A stretch of 64,000 nt of DNA from Eledone cirrhosa (taxonomy: Eukaryota), in assembly GCA_964016885.1 (NCBI GenBank), contig OZ024757.1, positions 25,482,001 through 25,546,000 on the forward strand, given 5' to 3'. The notes beneath the pieces are model-generated. The model did no database searches. It saw only the letters and a list, made by a program, of their open reading frames with translations, and was not told the origin of the DNA. The position numbers and the translations under genes were made by a program. Of the stretch, positions 25,579 through 34,710 are shown one piece after another (positions within the stretch are counted from its first letter, which is position 1; every line of letters begins with the position of its first letter).

Positions 25579-28500
25579 TCGAAGTCAGTGTTGCAGCATT
25601 TGTACAAACTTTATTTCCATATTACAATTGTTTTGATATCGTTCAGCTCAGGGTAGAATCATGGTGACTCTTTTTTGACATCTCGTCAGATATGCGAGTT
25701 TATATGTGCACATATATATGATGATGTTGTTGATGATGATGGCTGCAACTCAGTTTTGAGTCATGCTATCGCTTGATACTTAAGTATGAGTAGCATGGAC
25801 TTGGCTTTTTAGACTTGTTAAGTACTTGCACAGGCGCTGCAGTTGGTGTTACAGTCCTGTTTTGGTGCACTTTCAAATAATGTTTCAGTCCACATATTCA
25901 GACACATCATCATCACCGTTTTATGCCCATTCTTCCACGCTAGCATGGGTTAGATGGGTTGACCTGTTGTGGGCAATACTAGGTCAGGTGACCATGTCTT
26001 GCTCATACAGAACTGATTCTGGCTTGATTTCTACAGCTGGATGTCCCTTCTAACTCCAACCTCATTTACAGTGAGTACTGGGTGCTTTTTTACTGTGACA
26101 TCTACACAACCACTTTACAGTGTGGACTGGGTGCTTTTTTTTTTTTTTTTACCATGGTGCCTACACGACCATTTTACAGTGTAGACTGGGTGCTTTTTGG
26201 CATGACACCTACACAACCACTTTACAGTGTGGACTGGGTGCTTTTTTTTTACCATGGTGCCTCCACGACCACTTTACAGTGTAGAATGGGTGCTTTTTGG
26301 TGTGACACCTACACAACCACTTTACAGTGTGGACTGGGTGCTTTTTTTTTTACCATGGTGCCTACACGACCACTTTACAGTGTAGAATGGGTGCTTTTTG
26401 GCGTGACACCTACACAACCACTTTACAGTGTGGACTGGGTGCTTTTTTTTTTACCATGGTGCCTACACGACCACTTTACAGTGTGGACTGGGTGCTTTTT
26501 TGTCATAACACCTACACTACCACTTTACAGAGACACATGTATGTCTTTTTCTGTGTTTATGAAAGACATCTGCTACCCGAGGTGTGTAGTGAGTTGGGCT
26601 GATGTAAAACAAATGATTATACCTTCTCTAAAAATAAGACAAGATGGAGAGGTGGGCCTGGCTAAGTGTATTATAAACACCATTGTTATTAGTAGTGGTA
26701 TTATTGGTGGCACTGATTCTATTAAACACACCAGTACTATGTGTATGCATGTACATAAAGAGCCAGAACAAATACTACCAAGCGGTGCCCCAGCATGGCC
26801 TCAGCAAGATGGCTGGAACAAGTAAAAGACTAAGCATTTGTCCATTCCAATGCTTTAACGATTCTGCCAATCTACCACCATAATAATACATCATCATCAT
26901 CATCGATTAATATCTATCTTCCACGCTAGCATGGATTAGACGAGTTTGTCCCATTTAGAGGCAAGTTGGGTTGGGTGACCGTGTCTCGCTCATATAGGAG
27001 TGTTACTGGCTGGTTTCCTATGGCTGGATGCCCTTCCTAATGCCAAACACATTGACAGTGTGTGCTGGGTGTTTTTAATAATAATGATTTCTACTATAGG
27101 CACAAAGGAGGGAAGTCGATTAAATCGACCCCAGTGCATAACTGGTACTTTATTTTATCGACCCTGTAAGGGTGAAAGGCAAAGCTAACCTCAGTGGGAT
27201 TTGAACTCAAAACGTAAAGAGATGTAACCCTATGCTGCGAAGCATGGTGACCGACGCTCTACAGATTCTGCCAATCCACTGTCCTTAATATCATTATTAT
27301 TTCTTTTATTAGCCACAAGGGTGCACGGTGTGGAGGACAAAAGGACAAGGACAAAAAAACAAAACAAAACCACACTGTTGGGTTGACATTGAGCATAGAG
27401 AAATCGATGAAGGCAAAAATAAAAAAAACATTGTATATAACAATAACAACGGTAACAAATGATTTCTTTATTAACAGAGTCCACAAGAATAAAACATTAA
27501 GGACTGTACAGTGTGGACTTTCTTGTGTAGAAGATGAAATATAAAAGAAAAAAAAACATACAAACAAACACAAAAAAAAAGAGAATACATAAAATTAAAA
27601 CAAAAGAAAATTCTCCAATATGTGGTGAGACATACGAAGGTGACTCGTGGAGGAAGCCCACCCCGGCCGCTCGGGCAGGAGCCCCCGAGTTTCTATAATA
27701 ATAATAATGATTTCTAGTATAGGCACAAGGCCAGTAATTTGGGGGAGGGGAACGTCGATTAAATCGACCCCGGTGCGTGACTGGGACTTAATTTTATTCA
27801 TCACATAAAGATGAAAGGCAAAGCTAACCTCGTCGGGATTTGAACTCATAACGTAAAAGGATGTAACTCTAAACCACGAAGTATAGTGTCCGACGCTCTA
27901 CCGATAATGCCAACCCACCGCCTTTCTATAATAATAATAATGTTTTTTTTAAATTTATCTTTTCATTATTTATTTATTCATTCAATGGTTTCTGATTTAG
28001 GCACAAGGCTAACAATTTTGGGGGGGAGTAGAAAGTCGATTAGATCGACACCAGTGTGTTACTGGTACTTTATTTAATAAAAAAAAAAAAAAATCGGTTT
28101 TTTTATTTGCTATAAGGGCGGCGAAAGATTTCTCGCAAAGCTGTCCCTACCCTCTCAAAAGGTCTGAGAATTTTGTCTGGGAGTGAGCAGATACGGCGAG
28201 AAGGGTCCAGTCCGGTCCGATAAGATAAGCTGTCAACCATCCTACTTGAATGTTACTTTATATTTTATCGACAACTCAGCAGATTAGTAAAAGCCACAGT
28301 AGTTACCGGCATGATCTCAACTGAAAACATACTGTCGCCAACACTGCAGTTATTATTATTGTGCCCTTGAAGCGTCGGGGGGGTTCAGTATTAGTGGGGT
28401 ACCCGAGTCGCCCCTCGATGGTTCTCTCTGACCTCCCCCGCCCCCGCCCTATTGGGGAATTTTTATTTTTATTTTATTGTGACGTGTTTTTGTAAATCAT

Positions 28501-29427
28501 TTTTTTTTTTGTTACTCGATTTTATTGTAACCCTCCCCCCTCCCACTCTTTTTGTATTGTCCCCTATACGTGGGCCCTAGTGGCACCCCTCCCCCCAAAC
28601 CCACACAGTATCGTTCTGTATAGTCTTTAATGTTTCCTTAATGTGAGCCCGGTGTGGCTAATAAAGAAATCATTACTACTACTACTACTACTTAGTAGCA
28701 ATGATGTTTTTTTACACAGACTAGGGGGAGGGGCTAGTCGATTAAATCGACCCTAGCACTTCACTGGTACTTTACTTTATCGATCCTGGAATCGAATCGT
28801 GTAAAGCCAAGTCGACACCGACAAGACTTGAAATGAAAACGTTAAACTATTACTACTACTAATAATAATAATAGTAGTAGTACTACTAATTCTAATATTA
28901 ATACTACGATTTCTTTATTAACCACACAGTGCTGACAATACGTCTATTTAGTGGATGGCTGGGACATTTAACATGCTTGAATGTAATTGACATGTAACAG
29001 AAGTTAGAAGACATTGCAAACAAAATGAAAAAATCACAAAAAAATGAGGGCAAACGGAAAGACTTTCGTATACGTGGTGAATGGAATTGCTAAAAATAGT
29101 AGTCACATCTCTTTTAAATCATTTGAAAAACAAATAGAAAAAAAAGAAAAAGACTGCTAAAAGGTCATGGCTGGAATGTCTTCGATCATTAGATCTAGTT
29201 CATCAGAGTTGATCTGGGGCTAATCAACAACAAGACGGAGCAATTCGATACGTAATTACATGAAATCGAGCTCCCTTACCAACAACAACAACAACAAGGA
29301 AGAAAGACGATGATAAAATATATATATATATATATAAATGTATATATAATAAAATCTACCTTACCCTCAGTACATGATAACCTTCAGTACCTCCACCAGG
29401 TACCTCGGTGCTAAAGGATCCTCCCAT
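2639..29427 (-). CDS. GORASP2: Golgi reassembly-stacking protein (GRASP55/65 family, GORASP2-like), 11 coding exons, ~506 aa if the exon-7 frameshift is corrected
   Basis: Manually spliced exons: 29427-29365, 22106-22026, 15683-15526, 13809-13764, 11351-11265, 10331-10201, 9056-8926, 7604-7535, 6765-6649, 4721-4569, 3123-2639. All introns are GT..AG and phases match except for one extra base in exon 7. The translation gives the two-PDZ GRASP domain ([68 protein letters not shown]) followed by a Ser/Pro-rich tail. Confidence 0.95.
3222..3758. repeat. 41-42-bp minisatellite, ~13 copies
   Basis: Unit CAGCCCACACTGTAAAGTGGTCGTGTAGGTATCACAACAAAAAGTTCC; no unique spacers. Confidence 0.95.
3769..3930 (-). 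mobile_element. RTE LINE 3' fragment
   Basis: Encodes [23 protein letters not shown] and RDKWRDAVL across frameshifts; ends in a (GAT)n tail. Confidence 0.65.
4569..4721 (-). CDS. GORASP2: GORASP exon 10, (N)[50 protein letters not shown](A)
   Basis: Acceptor ctgtttcag, donor gtaagt, 153 nt, phase 1/1; PNLPNL resembles the human SPR region. Confidence 0.85.
5567..6299. mobile_element. Long fold-back (arms 5567-5824 and 6037-6299, ~212-bp spacer), Penelope-like, in GORASP intron 9
   Basis: Arms are essentially identical reverse complements apart from one TAAAA unit; each carries a hammerhead. Confidence 0.75.
6207..6255 (+). ncRNA. Hammerhead ribozyme motif, U4C variant; mirror copy at 5611-5659 on minus
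   Basis: TTGCT-CCGAAGA-A-TCCAAAC ctcg GTTTGGA-G-GAAA-CAATTG-TA/AGCAA; palindromic ACAATTGT stem III, GUA cleavage triplet. Confidence 0.7.
6488..6633 (+). pseudogene. Decayed C2H2 zinc-finger fragment (about two fingers)
   Basis: CDICGRSF..(frameshift, stop)..HIHTGEKP at 6541-6564 ..ICGRSYS; antisense within GORASP intron 9. Confidence 0.7.
6649..6765 (-). CDS. GORASP2: GORASP exon 9, (G)[38 protein letters not shown](N)
   Basis: Acceptor gttcacag, donor gtaagt, 117 nt, phase 1/1; resembles human GVPTVPLL. Confidence 0.85.
6915..7415 (+). mobile_element. CORE-like SINE with an RTE-derived 3' tail containing ~41-bp units (similar copy 34310-34640)
   Basis: tRNA-like head, GTCCTTGAGCAAGACACTTTATTTC core, then the tail shared with the RTE 3'UTR. 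Confidence 0.65.
7535..7604 (-). CDS. GORASP2: GORASP exon 8, [23 protein letters not shown](G)
   Basis: Acceptor ctccctacag, donor gtacgt, 70 nt, phase 0/1; resembles human VQLSS. Confidence 0.85.
8176..8301. repeat. Perfect inverted repeat (61-bp arms, 4-nt spacer) centred on a hammerhead-core remnant
   Basis: ...aaatcatcag attc CTGATGAtttctaaagaatGAAAcagttctagTC...; the 5' strand of stem I is lost at the inversion point. Confidence 0.7.
8319..8767. mobile_element. Tc1/mariner-type MITE copies (~97 bp) around an assembly gap
   Basis: AGGGTGTCCCCAAAAATGTATAC...GTATACATTTTTTGGGACACCCT in TA context; copies at 8319-gap, 8559-8654 and 8669-8767. Confidence 0.65.
8359..8558. other. Assembly gap (200 N)
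   Basis: Run of n characters. Confidence 1.
8926..9056 (-). CDS. GORASP2: GORASP exon 7, (S)[28 protein letters not shown] / [14 protein letters not shown], with an apparent 1-nt frameshift
   Basis: Acceptor atcatacag, donor gtttgt. The exon is 131 nt but 130 is needed for frame; the in-frame read hits TGA at 8962-8960, while the conserved DGFSE (human DGFTE) is in the +1 frame. Confidence 0.88.
10201..10331 (-). CDS. GORASP2: GORASP exon 6, [43 protein letters not shown](S)
   Basis: Acceptor tcattgcag, donor gtaatt, 131 nt; end of ORF 10197..10877. Confidence 0.95.
10450..10800. repeat. ~29-32-bp minisatellite in GORASP intron 5
   Basis: Unit TGGTAGTATTGGAGATGGTGGTG(A/G)TG(C/T)TGTTGTGTAA. 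Confidence 0.85.
11265..11351 (-). CDS. GORASP2: GORASP exon 5, [29 protein letters not shown]
   Basis: Acceptor gtttaacag, donor gtgagc, 87 nt, PDZ2 sequence. Confidence 0.95.
11816..13455 (-). mobile_element. 5'-truncated RTE-clade LINE (RT domain, Cys/His finger, C-terminus, 3'UTR, (GAT)n tail)
   Basis: ORF 12113..13456 has [30 protein letters not shown] and [16 protein letters not shown]. Candidate TSD CCTCAT at 11810-11815 and 13456-13461. Confidence 0.92.
13764..13809 (-). CDS. GORASP2: GORASP exon 4, (R)[15 protein letters not shown]
   Basis: Acceptor ctctctccag, donor gtgagt, 46 nt, phase 2/0. Confidence 0.95.
13956..15286. mobile_element. hAT (Charlie-type) non-autonomous element with nested SINEs and a duplicated 3' end
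   Basis: TIRs CAGAGGTTCTTAGA and rc CAGAGGTTCTCAAA; TSD TTCTAGAT/TACTAGAT (7/8). Segment ~14973-15113 is repeated at ~15114-15286. Confidence 0.7.
14400..14580 (+). mobile_element. SINE family 1 copy, inverted relative to its neighbours at 14215-14370 and 14620-14810
   Basis: Head, B-box and central domain as at 2143-2335. Confidence 0.75.
15526..15683 (-). CDS. GORASP2: GORASP exon 3, [52 protein letters not shown](R)
   Basis: Acceptor tttttccag, donor gtgagt, 158 nt; lies within ORF 15522..15761. Confidence 0.95.
15978..16013 (+). ncRNA. Degenerate minimal hammerhead (G12A) at a Penelope-like end
   Basis: TCTT-CTGATGA-A-GGAC tagc GTCC-AAAA-CG-TT/AAGA; GAAA has become AAAA, consistent with CpG decay. 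Confidence 0.5.
17067..17377. mobile_element. hAT (Charlie-type) MITE
   Basis: TIRs CAGTGCTTCTCAAACT and rc CAGGGCTACTCAAAGT; perfect 8-bp TSD CTCTATTT at 17059-17066 and 17378-17385. Confidence 0.88.
17966..18422. mobile_element. Two ~120-bp Kolobok-like MITEs (17966-18085 and 18302-18422) flanking the piggyBac-like MITE
   Basis: TTAA-GGTAGATA...TATCTACC-TTAA; the second copy is diverged and ends in TTAT. Confidence 0.55.
18090..18297. mobile_element. piggyBac-like MITE (other copies ~9640-9865, 33412-33630, 35000-35295, 35480-35670)
   Basis: TTAA-CCCTTTAGCATTTA...TAAATTCTAAAGGG-TTAA. Confidence 0.75.
20500..20700 (-). mobile_element. Probable RTE/BovB-type ORF2 C-terminal zinc-finger remnant
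   Basis: [22 protein letters not shown] resembles the C-terminal C2H2 motif of BovB-type ORF2. Confidence 0.45.
22026..22106 (-). CDS. GORASP2: GORASP exon 2, [27 protein letters not shown]
   Basis: Acceptor ttatcttcag, donor gtaagt, 81 nt, phase 0/0, PDZ1 sequence. Confidence 0.95.
22494..22961 (-). mobile_element. Mariner (HSMAR2-like, irritans group) internal-deletion derivative
   Basis: ~30-bp TIRs (t/c)GAGGGG..AAAA.GTTTGTGGAAAAA with TA on both sides. ORF 22543..22803 fuses the transposase N-terminus ([17 protein letters not shown]) to its C-terminus ([15 protein letters not shown]). Confidence 0.9.
23982..24495 (+). mobile_element. RTE LINE 3' fragment, same family as 11816-13455
   Basis: [29 protein letters not shown] followed by the same 3'UTR and (GAT)n tail. 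Confidence 0.75.
26050..26530. repeat. Dimeric (~80-bp) array of the same retroposon-derived unit
   Basis: Alternating ...gacacctacacaaccactttacagtg and ...accatggtgcctacacgaccactttacagtg units inside an RTE-type tail (25905-26530). Confidence 0.85.
29365..29427 (-). CDS. GORASP2: GORASP exon 1, [21 protein letters not shown] (Gly2/Ser6 N-myristoylation consensus)
   Basis: ATG at 29427, 63 nt, donor GTAAGG; matches the GRASP N-terminus (human [21 protein letters not shown]). Confidence 0.95.
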
Positions 29428-29529
29428 ATTAAAGCGAGAAGCCCAGAAGAAAAAGAAGTATTGTTAGCAATAGAGGTAGACGAAGACGGGGGTGTTGGTT
29501 CCAACACCGCAAGATTGACAACCCAAGAC

Positions 29530-29700
29530 AACCAATATGGCCACCAACGTGGCAGGAAGTAACTCACTGAATTCCGGTTCCGGGAGAACGAAACTAGGGA
29601 GAGAGAAAGAGTGACATAGTGAGAAAGAAAGCGGTAGTAGAAGATGGCGACCGTTAGCTATAGTGTTTCATTGTTACGTTACGCTACCGCCACTTCATTT
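29530..29700. promoter_or_regulatory. Probable GORASP core promoter (housekeeping type)
   Basis: CpG-containing non-repeat stretch 100-270 bp upstream of the ATG. Contains CCAAT (29532), ETS-like CAGGAAGT (29553) and TTCCGG (29572), and YY1-like AAGATGGCG (29641). Confidence 0.55.
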
Positions 29701-30620
29701 CCTATGGAAGCACAAAACTGTCATAAAAATATTAAGTTTGTTGTTTTGTTATTTTTTTAACCTTAATATTAAATTTTTTTTTTTCCTTCCTCCGATATAA
29801 CGAAGTTGTTACTACTACTACTACTACTACTACTACAACGTCTACTACTACTACATCTACTACCACTATTACTACTAGTACTACTACTCGCATACACGCA
29901 CATTACACTCATATAAACGCACACTCTTATATCTTTATTTATAAGTTTCCGTGATTGGACTGCGGTCATGCTGGGGCACAGCCTTCAAAGATGTCAGTTG
30001 ATTATATCGATTACTATACTACTTAATCCGGTACTAATTTTATCGATCTCTATCGAAAGATAACTTTTATCAGAGTAATGTCCCTTTAGAGATTTACCTC
30101 CCGTCGTTAGACTTAAATACGACGAAGTATTTCTACTAATACACACACATGAGATGGTTCACAACCACTCCAACCCCCCAGAGTGCTCCACACCGACTCC
30201 ACATCCACTCCATCTCCTCTGAGTAGCTTCACTCTGACTTCACTGTCACTCCAGCCCCTCAGTGACTCCACACCTACTCCCCAGCCACTCCAGCTTCTCA
30301 GAGTGACTTCACACCGACTCCACTGTCACTTCAGCTACTCACAGTGACTCCACACCTATTCCCCAGCTGCTCCAGCTTCTCGGAGTGACTTCATACAGAC
30401 TCCACTGTCACTCCAGCTCCTCAGAGTGACTTCACACTTACTCCACAGCCACTCCAACCCCAGAGTGGCTCCACCTCGACTCCACAGCAACTCCAGCCTC
30501 CCAGAGTAGCTTCATCCTGACTCCACTGTCATTTAAGCCCCTTATAGTGGCTCTAACTCCACAGACACTCCAACTCCTCACATTAACTCCACTCTGATTC
30601 CATAGTCCACTCTGTCTCCA

Positions 30621-32113
30621 CAGTCACTCCATCCCTTCTGAGTAGAGCCTCAGTCACTCCATCCCTTCTGAGTAGTTCCCCAGTCACTCCATCCCTTCCG
30701 AGTAGTTCCCCAGTCACTCCATCCCTTCCGAGTAGTTCCTCAGTCACTCCAACCCTTCTGAGTAGTTCCCCAGTTACTCCATCCTTTCTGAGTAGTTCCC
30801 CAGTCACTCCATCCCTTCTGAGTAGTTCCCCAATCATTCCATCCTTTCTGAATAGTTCCTCAGTCACGCCATCCCTTCTGAGTAGATCCTCAGTCACGCC
30901 ATCCCTTCTGAGTAGTTCCCCAATCACTCCATCCCTTCCGAGTAGTTCCCCAGTCACTCCATCCATTCTGAGTAGTTCCCCAGTCACTCCATCCTTTCTG
31001 AGTAGTTCCCCAATCATTCCATCCCTTCTGAGTAGTTCCTCAGTCACGCCATCCCTTCTGAGTAGTTCCTCGGTCACTCCATCCCTTCTGAGTAGTTCCT
31101 CAGTCACGCCATCCCTTCTGAGTAGTTCCCCAATCACTCCATCCATTCTGAGTAGTTCCCCAGTCACTCCATCCCTTCTGAGTAGTTCCTCAGTCACGCC
31201 ATCCCTTCTGAGTAGTTCCCCAGTCACTCCATCCCTTCTGAGTAGTTCCTCAATCATTCCATCCCTTCTGAGTAGATCCTCAGTTGTGCCATCCCTTCTG
31301 AATAGTTCCTCAGTCACTCCATCCCTTCTGAGTAGATCCTCAGTCACGCCATCCCTTCTGAGTAGTTCCCCAAGCACTCCATCCCTTCTGAGTAGTTCCT
31401 CAGTCACGCCATCCCTTCTGAGTAGTTCCTCAGTCACTCCATCCCTTCTGAGTAGTTCCCCAGTCACTCCATCCCTTCTGAGTAGTTCCCCAGTCACTCC
31501 ATCCCTTCTGAGTAGTTCCTCAGTCACTCCATCCCTTCTGAGTAGTTCCCCAATCACTCCATCCCTTCTGAGTAGTTCCTCAGTCACGCCATCCCTTCTG
31601 AGTAGTTCCCCAGTCACTCCATCCTTTCTGAGTAGTTCCCCAGTAACTCCATCCTTTCTGAGTAGTTCCCCAGTCACTCCATCCCTTCTGAGTAGTTCCC
31701 CAATCACTCCATCCCTTCTGAGTAGTTCCTCAGTCACTCCATCCTTTCTGAGTAGTTCCCCAATCATTCCATCCCTTCTGAGTAGATCCTCAGTCACGCC
31801 ATCCCTTCTGAGTAGTTCCTCAGTCACTCCATCCCTTCTGAGTAGTTCCCCAATCACTCCATCCCTTCTGAGTAGTTCCCCAGTCACTCCATCCCTTCTG
31901 AGTAGTTCCCCAATCACTCCATCCCTTCTGAGTAGTTCCCCAGTCACTCCATCCCTTCTGAGTAGTTCCCCAGTCACTCCATCCCTTCTGAGTAGTTCCC
32001 CAGTCATTCCATCCCTTTTGAGTAGTTCCCCAGTCACTCCATCCCTTCTGAGTAGTTCCTCAGTCACTCCATCCCTTCTGAGTAGTTCCTCAGTCACTCC
32101 ATCCCTTCTGAGT
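30621..32113. repeat. 30-bp minisatellite, ~50 copies, with degenerate related sequence at ~30165-30620
   Basis: Unit CAGTCACTCCATCCCTTCTGAGTAGTTCC(C/T). Confidence 0.97.
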
Positions 32114-33825
32114 GACTCCACTCTAACTCCACACACACACCAACTCCCCATAGTCTTTCCTGTTCCCCACAATGACTCTACTCTGACTATAGAACCACTC
32201 CAGCTCCTTACAATGGCTCCACTCTGACTCCACAGTTACTATAGCTCCTAACAGTGACTCACTTGGTCTCAAGCCCATCCCCAAGGAGGGGCACTAGAAA
32301 GCACTGACCTACTACCTGATATTCCCACTCCAAATACACACGCTCACATGTACCTGCGTGTATATCATGACTCATACACTGTTCACTTTCCTGACATTTC
32401 TACATTATTCTATGTACTATACATGCACCTTTGATGAATTGTAGTGCACCTGAGCACAATAATTTTCATTATTTTAATGATATGATTATGAAATCTTTTT
32501 TAGTTATTCACATATTTATTTGTTTTTATATTCTTTATTTTATTTTTATATTTCAGAATTTACATTGTCCCAATTTGTGGAGGTGTATGGCTTGGTGATT
32601 AAGGTGTTTGAGTTTGATTCCAAGTTACGAGTTGTATCCTTGAGCATGACACTTCATTTCACGTGGCTCCAACTCATTCAGCTGGAGAAAATGAGTTGTA
32701 CCTGTAATTTCAAAGGACTGGCCTTGTTTCTAACATACTTTATGTTTAATCTCCCTGAGAACTACATTAAAGTGCACAAGTATCTGTGGAAAGGCTCAGA
32801 CACTTGCACATTAATTTCTCAAACAGACTTCTCTGTTAAACACAACTGGAACACTCATTGTCAAAATCAACGGAGGTCCTACAACAACAAACAACAACAC
32901 CACCACCACCACCACCACCACCACCACCACCACCAACAACAACATCAATAACAATGAAGATGACAACAACAATGGCAGGAAGCACTTTAAGGCAATGTTT
33001 ACTGCCTTACCAGAAGTTAACCTTGTGGGCTCCATAAGAGACTCCATACTCATTATGCAATCCTTTTTGTCTTTTGTGGCAATGTTTTTTATGGTTGGAT
33101 GCCCTTCCTGGTGTTAACCCTTTTATCACATACAGGGGTACGATGTACCTTTTTTCATAGCAGCAGATACACACAGAATAATGTTAAATAGGCAAAATAA
33201 TTGTTTCTGATGTGGGTACAAGACCTACAATTTGAGGGGAGGGGAAAGTTGATTAAATCAATCTCAATATTTGACTGTTTTATCGACCCTGGAAGGATGA
33301 AAGGAAAAGTTGACCTTGGGAGGATTTGAAATCTGAGCCTAAAGGGCTGGAACAAATACCACATGAAATTTTGTCTGACGCTCTAACAATTCTGCCTATC
33401 TACTGCTCTTAACCCTTTACCATTTACATTACTCTATATTTACTATTATATTTTCATGGTAAAGGCTTTAGCTCATAATTATCTCACATAATATCGATTA
33501 TATGAGATTGATGTTATTTATTTTGAGAACGATACCTTAACATTGGTATGAGGGGCCAGTTACAGCCGCTTTGAACAGAAAGAGGTGAGAACATTCTGGC
33601 CAAATATGGCCGGTTTAAATGCTAGAGGGTTAATGCACAAAATAATGAACTTAGTCAAACATGACTACAATAGAAGCTATATTACGATGTAAGTGGAACT
33701 AAGACTCAGTGCAAAAATCATATTCTCAAGTTTTGTAAAAAAAGGACTTGTTAAGAAAAACCAATGAAGCATTATTTAAGGCAAGCTATTTAAATTATTA
33801 TTTTATTGTTGTTGTTATTGTTATA

Positions 33826-34160
33826 CATTTGCTAAAAGGTGGGTGAATGTAGCGAGAATGGCCCGTGTGAATGAGCCTACTCTGAGCATGTACCTGTAGG
33901 CTGGCTAATTTAAGGAGGAGAGGGGACCCCTTCCTGGATGCCCTCAAAACATCAGGTGGTTCAGAATTGGTGGGGTACCTGAGTCGACCCTGGGTGGTTA
34001 ACCCCCCCCCCCCCCCCCATTGTGGAACTCTGTTGTTTGTATTGTTCTTGTTTATTGTTATTGTTTTTATATTTTTACTCTTGTTTTGTGTAAAACCACC
34101 ACTGCCCCTGTCTATTTTATTGTCTTCTATATGTCGGTCCTTGTGGCCAATAAATTAAAT
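33826..34160 (+). mobile_element. Probable L1/Tx1-like LINE 3' end (related 3'UTR at ~28375-28690)
   Basis: FAKRWVNVARMARVNEPTLSMYL-stop, then a UTR with gggtacc(t/c)gagtcg, a polyC run and ccttgtggccaataaa. Confidence 0.45.
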
Positions 34161-34667
34161 TATTATCATTATTATTAATATTATCCCGCCAAGGTTAACT
34201 TTGCCTTTCATCCTTACGGGGTCGATAAAATAAAGTACCAGTAATGCACTGGGATAATTGCTGGCCTTGTGCCAAAAGTAGAAACAATTATTATTATTAT
34301 AATTATTTATGGAGGCACATGGCTTAGTGGTGAGAGCATTGGCCTTGCAATCGAAAGGTTGTGAGTTCAATTCTCAGACCGGCTGATGTCTTGTTTCCTT
34401 GAGCAAGACACTTTATTTCACATTGCTCCAGTTTACTCAGCTGTAGAAATAAGATGATAGGGACTGGGGTCCCTATCATTCCACTGCAAACTGGTCGTGG
34501 AGGTGCCACGGCAAAAAAGCACCCAGCGCTCACTGTAAATGAGGTTGGTGTTAGGAAGGGCATCCAGTTGTAGAAATCAAGCCAGAATCAGTTCCCGTCC
34601 CACCCTTGCAAGCAGGGAAAAGTGGGCGTAAAATGAAATGAATTATAATTATTGTTGTTGTTGTTGC

Positions 34668-34710
<43 letters not shown>

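Noticed and set aside
29644-29760. Possible divergent gene start ATGGCGACC (MATVSYSVSLL..)
   Set aside because: No recognisable product or downstream exons; the next acceptor-like site (32556) runs into a SINE.
30583-32227. 529-aa and 313-aa ORFs
   Set aside because: Translations of a stop-free 30-bp minisatellite, with no credible start or splice context.
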